A stretch of 28,629 nucleotides of DNA from Prevotellaceae bacterium. Its GTDB lineage: Bacteria; Bacteroidota; Bacteroidia; Bacteroidales; UBA932. This document shows, in pieces, positions 25,235 through 28,629 of the stretch; positions within the stretch are counted from its first letter, which is position 1; each line of letters begins with the position of its first letter. The DNA lies in contig JAIRMD010000076.1 of the NCBI GenBank assembly GCA_031258915.1, forward strand, positions 1 to 28,629, given 5' to 3'. The notes under the pieces are model-generated. The model ran no database searches. It was not told where the DNA came from and was given only the letters and a program-made list of their open reading frames with translations. A program made the translations under genes and the position numbers.

Positions 25235-27061
25235 CTACTTAAAGGTTTGCAAGTCGCACAGCTTCTTGTACATTCCGCCTTTGGCCATCAGCTCGCTGTG
25301 CGTGCCTTGCTCCACAATCTCTCCCTCCTGAAGCGCCACTATGCAGTCGGCATTCCGGATGGTGGAGAGGCGGTGGGCAATGACGATGGAGGTACGGTTT
25401 TTCATCAGCTTGCACAGGGCATCCTGCACCAGCTTCTCGCTTTCGGTGTCGAGCGCAGAGGTGGCTTCGTCCAGAATAAGTATGGGAGGATTTTTGAGCA
25501 CCGCCCGCGCTATGGCAAGCCGCTGGCGCTGCCCGCCGGAGAGCCGCACGCCCCTGTCGCCGATGCAGGTGCTGTAGCCATTTTCCATGTGCATGATGAA
25601 ATCGTGCGCGTTGGCAACCTTGGCCGCTTCAACAACGGCCTCGTCCGGTACGCCGTCCAGCCCGAAGGCGATGTTGCCTCTGACGCTATCGTTGAAGAGA
25701 ATGGCCTCCTGCGTAACAATACCCATAAGGCTCATCAACCCTTTTGGCTGGCACTGCCTGATGTCTACGCCGTCCAGCAGAATTGCCCCCGAAGTTACGT
25801 CGTAGTAGCGCGGAATAAGGTCAACCAGCGTAGTTTTTCCCGCTCCCGAAGGCCCCACAATGGCAACCATTTTCCCTTTGGGGATGGTCAGGTTGACGTG
25901 CTTCAGCACAGGCTTCTCGCCGTAGGAAAAGCTTACATCCTCAAACCGTATCTCCCGCGCGAAGCCTTTCACCTCCACCGGATTTTTGGCTTTTGTTATT
26001 TCCACCGGCGTATCCAAAACATCAAAAATGCGGTCTGCGGCGGCCAAGCCTCGCTGAATGCCCGCGTGCGCCTTGGTAATATCTTTTGACGGCACCAGAA
26101 TTTGGTAGTAAAGCCCCAGGTAAGCAATGAACTTGGGTACGGTAAAGGTAGATGCGTCGCTAAGCAGCATTATGCCGCCAAAGAGCAGGATGAGCATGGC
26201 CACCGTTACCCCAAAAAACTCCGACAGCGGCACCGCCATTTCCTGGCGGTTGGTTGCCTGCTTCAGCGCGTTGCGGTGCGCAGCGTTGACCTTCGCAAAG
26301 CGCTCCCGGACGTACTCCTGAGCGTTGAACGCCTTGACTATCCGGCTGCCGCTAATGGTCTCCTCAATGATGCTCATCAAGTCGCCCTGCAAGCTTTGCA
26401 CCTCCACCGCCTTGCGCCGCAGCTTTCTTGAAACCAAGCTGATGAGGTAGCCCGACAGCGGCAGCGTAACTATCGTAATGGAGGTGAGCTGGTAGGACAT
26501 GTAAAACAAAACGGCAAAGTTGCCCAAAATAAAGATGGGGTCGCGAAAAACGACCTGAAATGAGGCAACCACCGACGATTGCACCTCGTTGATGTCGTTG
26601 GACAGCACCGACAGGAGGTTGCCCTTGCGCTGGCTGGTGTAGTACGCAAGGTGTAGCCGCGTGATTTTACCAAACAGCGCTTCGCGTATGTTCCTCATCA
26701 CGTTGGCGCGCATGCTGTTGAGTATCCTGTAGCCTAAGTACTTAAAGAGGTTGGCTAAAAATGAGGCCAGCGCCAGCGCAGTGATCACAAAAATCAGCGA
26801 GCCAAGCGTACCGTACGCGTCTTTCATCTTCAGCATGGCGAAGTAAAACGCCGTTTTGAGGTACCTTGCGGAAAGGGTGAAGTCCGGCAGCTGCGCTATC
26901 TGCTGAATGTCGTCGCTGCTGAAAAGAACTTCTATCAGGGGCATGATGAGGAGGTAGTTGAACACCCCGAATACCATCGCCAGAATGACGACCACAAGGT
27001 ATTTTGGCCAGTAGCGGCTGTATGGCTTTGCAAAGCTGACTAAGCGGTAAAATTTATTCAT
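25235..27061 (-). CDS. ABC exporter, MsbA-like (fused TM + ATPase)
   Basis: N-terminal TM domain, Walker A GPSGAGKT, signature LSGGQRQR, ILDEATSALD and IAHRLST. ATG 27061 is preferred because the track's TTG at 27091 lies inside the -7 promoter box. Confidence 0.9.
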   Translation of the reverse strand: MNKFYRLVSFAKPYSRYWPKYLVVVILAMVFGVFNYLLIMPLIEVLFSSDDIQQIAQLPDFTLSARYLKTAFYFAMLKMKDAYGTLGSLIFVITALALASFLANLFKYLGYRILNSMRANVMRNIREALFGKITRLHLAYYTSQRKGNLLSVLSNDINEVQSSVVASFQVVFRDPIFILGNFAVLFYMSYQLTSITIVTLPLSGYLISLVSRKLRRKAVEVQSLQGDLMSIIEETISGSRIVKAFNAQEYVRERFAKVNAAHRNALKQATNRQEMAVPLSEFFGVTVAMLILLFGGIMLLSDASTFTVPKFIAYLGLYYQILVPSKDITKAHAGIQRGLAAADRIFDVLDTPVEITKAKNPVEVKGFAREIRFEDVSFSYGEKPVLKHVNLTIPKGKMVAIVGPSGAGKTTLVDLIPRYYDVTSGAILLDGVDIRQCQPKGLMSLMGIVTQEAILFNDSVRGNIAFGLDGVPDEAVVEAAKVANAHDFIMHMENGYSTCIGDRGVRLSGGQRQRLAIARAVLKNPPILILDEATSALDTESEKLVQDALCKLMKNRTSIVIAHRLSTIRNADCIVALQEGEIVEQGTHSELMAKGGMYKKLCDLQTFK

Positions 27062-27088
27062 GTTTTCGATAATTTCGGTTCTGCGCGG

Positions 27089-27096
27089 CAAAGATA
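27089..27096 (-). promoter_or_regulatory. -7 box (TATCTTTG) for the ABC exporter-cca unit
   Basis: Perfect TAnnTTTG preceded by a T-run, 28 nt upstream of ATG 27061. Confidence 0.75.
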
Positions 27097-27169
27097 CATT
27101 TTTTTTGGCTAACTCTTTTCCGGGTGCTATGCTGCCGGGTTCTCCCGGATTTGAAGTGTATGCTGCGCG

Positions 27170-27547
27170 TTACGCGCCGGCTGCAAAGGCAAAGAAGTAG
27201 CTCATGAAGAAGTTCCACACCGTAGCTACTCCGATGGCGAGCAGCTTGGAGAGGTAAAAGTGGATTTTCAGCTTCTCGACGAGCAGGTAAATTACGCCGC
27301 TGTTGATGGCAAGCCCTACTAAGGCAATGGCAATGAACTTCACGTACTCGGCCGGAATGCTGTTGTGGCTGCGGAACGTCCAGAGGCGGTTGAGCGTATA
27401 GTTAGCGCTTGCGGCAACGATGAACCCCAGCGCGTTGGCAAGGTACTTGTTCATCCTTACCTGCTCTTTGCAGGCGTAAGTAACGGTAAAATCAACCACC
27501 ACGCCCGAGCCGCCTACGATGCAAAACTTGATGAACGCTGCTATCAT
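27170..27547 (-). CDS. GtrA-family small membrane protein
   Basis: From ATG 27547 (125 aa): FIKFCIVGGSGVVVDF, ANYTLNRLWTF, KFIAIALVGLAIN and VWNFFMSYFFAF. The track's upstream extension to 27718 is the GH2 remnant read in another frame. Confidence 0.9.
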   Translation of the reverse strand: MIAAFIKFCIVGGSGVVVDFTVTYACKEQVRMNKYLANALGFIVAASANYTLNRLWTFRSHNSIPAEYVKFIAIALVGLAINSGVIYLLVEKLKIHFYLSKLLAIGVATVWNFFMSYFFAFAAGA

Positions 27548-27858
27548 TTTTTTCCCTCCTCCCCGTTGAGTATCGGCTCCCCGTTGATGTGCAAGCCATC
27601 GCGCCCGCGCACCTCCACCTTGCGTATTCCCACGCGGGGCGCCACGCCACCCACCGCCTTGCCTCCGGCCACAATGCGCGATTGCTGGCTGTAGAGGTAG
27701 GGCGATTCGGGCAGCCACAGCTGGGGGTTTTTCAGGCTCAGCGCCCGCCGCACCTGCCGCTGCCCGCCCGCCTTTAGCGAAAGCGTAGCGGCGGTAAGCG
27801 GCAGGACGGCGGCAACCGCTGCTTTGGCCGTGAGGAAGGGTAAGAGAATGCTTTTCAT
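27544..27858 (-). pseudogene. Collapsed GH2 glycosidase remnant (signal-like start plus Ig-like domain only, no catalytic barrel)
   Basis: The 104-aa ORF contains LKNPQLWLPESPYLY and VGIRKVEVRGRDGLHINGEPI, matching the GH2 pattern nPxLWsPexPxLY...fGiRxie...gfxlNGep that directly precedes the TIM barrel. It then stops, overlapping the gtrA ATG. Confidence 0.75.
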
Positions 27859-27879
27859 GCGATTTTTTTTTATTACGAA

Positions 27880-27966
27880 TTATGAAACCTCGCTGCAGCT
27901 AAACGCATATTCGCCCGAGCCAGCCAGCAGCCTGCCGCTCCATCGCACCTTAGCGTCGCCGGTTGC
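27880..27966 (-). pseudogene. C-terminal stub of a glycosidase (GH78 alpha-L-rhamnosidase-like tail)
   Basis: Reads ATGDAKVRWSGRLLAGSGEYAFSCSEVS* in host-like GC-rich DNA. The terminal GSGxYxF resembles GH78 C-termini. No start codon, because the frame runs into AT-rich DNA and a stop near 27990. Confidence 0.45.
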
Positions 27967-28157
27967 CTTATGATGATAATTATAGTGATTTTATGCAATG
28001 GATAAGCCAGTATAAAGGCAAGGATATACCCATTTACGAGGTTGCTTACGAAAAAGCATACGGAAAAAATTTATTGTTAGGCTCATACTGGGGAGGATAT
28101 ATAAAGTTCTCCAGTGAGAAAACGAAGAAAATATTTGAAAATTACATTGCTAAATGA
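27963..28157 (+). other. AT-rich orphan reading frame, probably a foreign gene fragment
   Basis: LPYDDNYSDFMQWISQYKGKDIPIYEVAYEKAYGKNLLLGSYWGGYIKFSSEKTKKIFENYIAK*. Protein-like composition, sharp composition change near 27966, no recognisable family. Confidence 0.35.
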
Positions 28158-28284
28158 AGCTATTCTCAGGAGAAAACCCACGTTTTTCCACTACAGCAGT
28201 AACGTGCATAACCCGCAAATCCATTGCTTCCTGCTCATCCTTGCAAAGCTCAAGGTGCATCATCGTTGTCAATTCTTCCTTCAT
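28150..28284 (-). CDS. Small hypothetical protein (44 aa)
   Basis: MKEELTTMMHLELCKDEQEAMDLRVMHVTAVVEKRGFSPENSFI*. The ATG is preceded by an A-rich leader and a perfect -7 box about 20 nt upstream. Confidence 0.65.
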   Translation of the reverse strand: MKEELTTMMHLELCKDEQEAMDLRVMHVTAVVEKRGFSPENSFI

Positions 28285-28304
28285 TTTTGTTTGATTTATT
28301 GGCG

Positions 28305-28312
28305 CAAAGCTA
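28305..28312 (-). promoter_or_regulatory. -7 box (TAGCTTTG) for the 44-aa ORF
   Basis: Perfect TAnnTTTG followed by C on the minus strand. Confidence 0.7.
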
Positions 28313-28432
28313 CAAAATTTTATCATCAAAAGCAATGGGAATTTTGGCTTGCTCATTTTTGAGCGCCTGCTTTTTTTTATAGGCGTGTGCAGAGAATAAT
28401 TTCCCACATTTTTTTTTTCAAGAAAATGTTCG

Positions 28433-28440
28433 TACATTTG
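28433..28440 (+). promoter_or_regulatory. -7 box (TACATTTG) for the putative ncRNA
   Basis: Perfect TAnnTTTG followed by C. No credible CDS follows before the terminator. Confidence 0.75.
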
Positions 28441-28445
28441 CTTCC

Positions 28446-28628
28446 AGATGCTGAACGGCGCTTCGCCGACCGTTTAGGCTATTCAAAGGACGGCGCTTGC
28501 GTTGTGGCCACTGCCACCAGAGCCGACACCCGGGTAGCCGAAAGCATTACCGCTGTACTACGGTACGGTGACCGCAGGTAACGCTGCTTGATAGAGAGTT
28601 AGGAGGTTTTACTTCCTAACTCTTTTTT
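28446..28628 (+). ncRNA. Putative structured non-coding RNA (~180 nt, rod-like; 6S/Bacteroidales-1-like candidate or attenuator leader)
   Basis: Bounded by a promoter box and a terminator. Nested helices found by eye: 28463-28473/28560-28571, GGCTATTC/GGGTAGCC (28477-28484/28532-28539), CGGCGCT/AGAGCCG (28491-28497/28519-28525, one mismatch) and GTGGC-CACT-GCCAC (28504-28517). The 5' end is estimated from the -7 box. Confidence 0.65.
28593..28628 (+). terminator. Rho-independent terminator
   Basis: AGAGTTAGGA (28595-28604) pairs perfectly with TCCTAACTCT (28614-28623), followed by a T-run. Confidence 0.88.
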
Positions 28629-28629
28629 A

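Noticed and set aside
10365-27718. Upstream-extended starts in the ORF track (10365, 12970, 14645, 22349, 27091, 27718)
   Set aside because: Downstream ATGs (10440, 13072, 14807, 22373, 27061, 27547) fit family N-termini, A-rich leaders, ATGA coupling, the lipoprotein signal or promoter positions better.
28387-28581. 64-aa ORF across the ncRNA, and a 9-aa mini-ORF MLNGASPTV (28448-28477) as a possible leader peptide
   Set aside because: The long ORF starts upstream of the promoter box. The mini-ORF has no run of regulatory codons. The nested base-pairing explains the sequence better.
28446-28592. Known riboswitch, SRP, tmRNA, RNase P or tRNA identity for the ncRNA
   Set aside because: I could not find the hallmark motifs of TPP, cobalamin, FMN, SAM-I, glycine, fluoride, SRP, tmRNA or RNase P RNAs, nor a cloverleaf. 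This was a by-eye check only, so cmscan is still needed.

Overview
Chromosomal window from a GC-rich member of the Bacteroidales. The assignment rests on Bacteroidota-type TAnnTTTG -7 promoter boxes, A-rich leaders without Shine-Dalgarno sites, and the protein families present. Most of it is housekeeping and sugar metabolism: nuoA (partial), an Fsr-like MFS transporter, a DEDDh exonuclease, dnaN, a DUF4340-like protein, polA, a LacI-uxaB-uxaA hexuronate unit, fabI, a secreted GH3, a divergent maltose/starch unit (malQ versus MFS plus a GH13 lipoprotein), a CCA/HD nucleotidyltransferase, an MsbA-like ABC exporter and GtrA. Two patches the ORF track does not explain hold most of the interest. 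(1) At 4.8-7.3 kb: a frameshifted IS1-family transposase stub, an AT-rich orphan GT4 gene, a 13-bp inverted-repeat element, a SUI1/YciH gene missing its 5' end, and a small hydrophobic ORF. (2) At 27.5-28.6 kb: a collapsed GH2 remnant, the C-terminal stub of another glycosidase, an AT-rich orphan fragment, a 44-aa ORF with its own promoter box and, divergent from it, a ~180-nt structured non-coding RNA bounded by a perfect promoter box and an intrinsic terminator. CG-centred LacI-type operator candidates are visible for both sugar units. I see no CRISPR array, rRNA, tRNA, intact mobile element or clearly novel multi-gene system. The best leads are the ncRNA/small-protein pair and the gene-decay pattern. 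All family calls come from motif recognition, not database searches.
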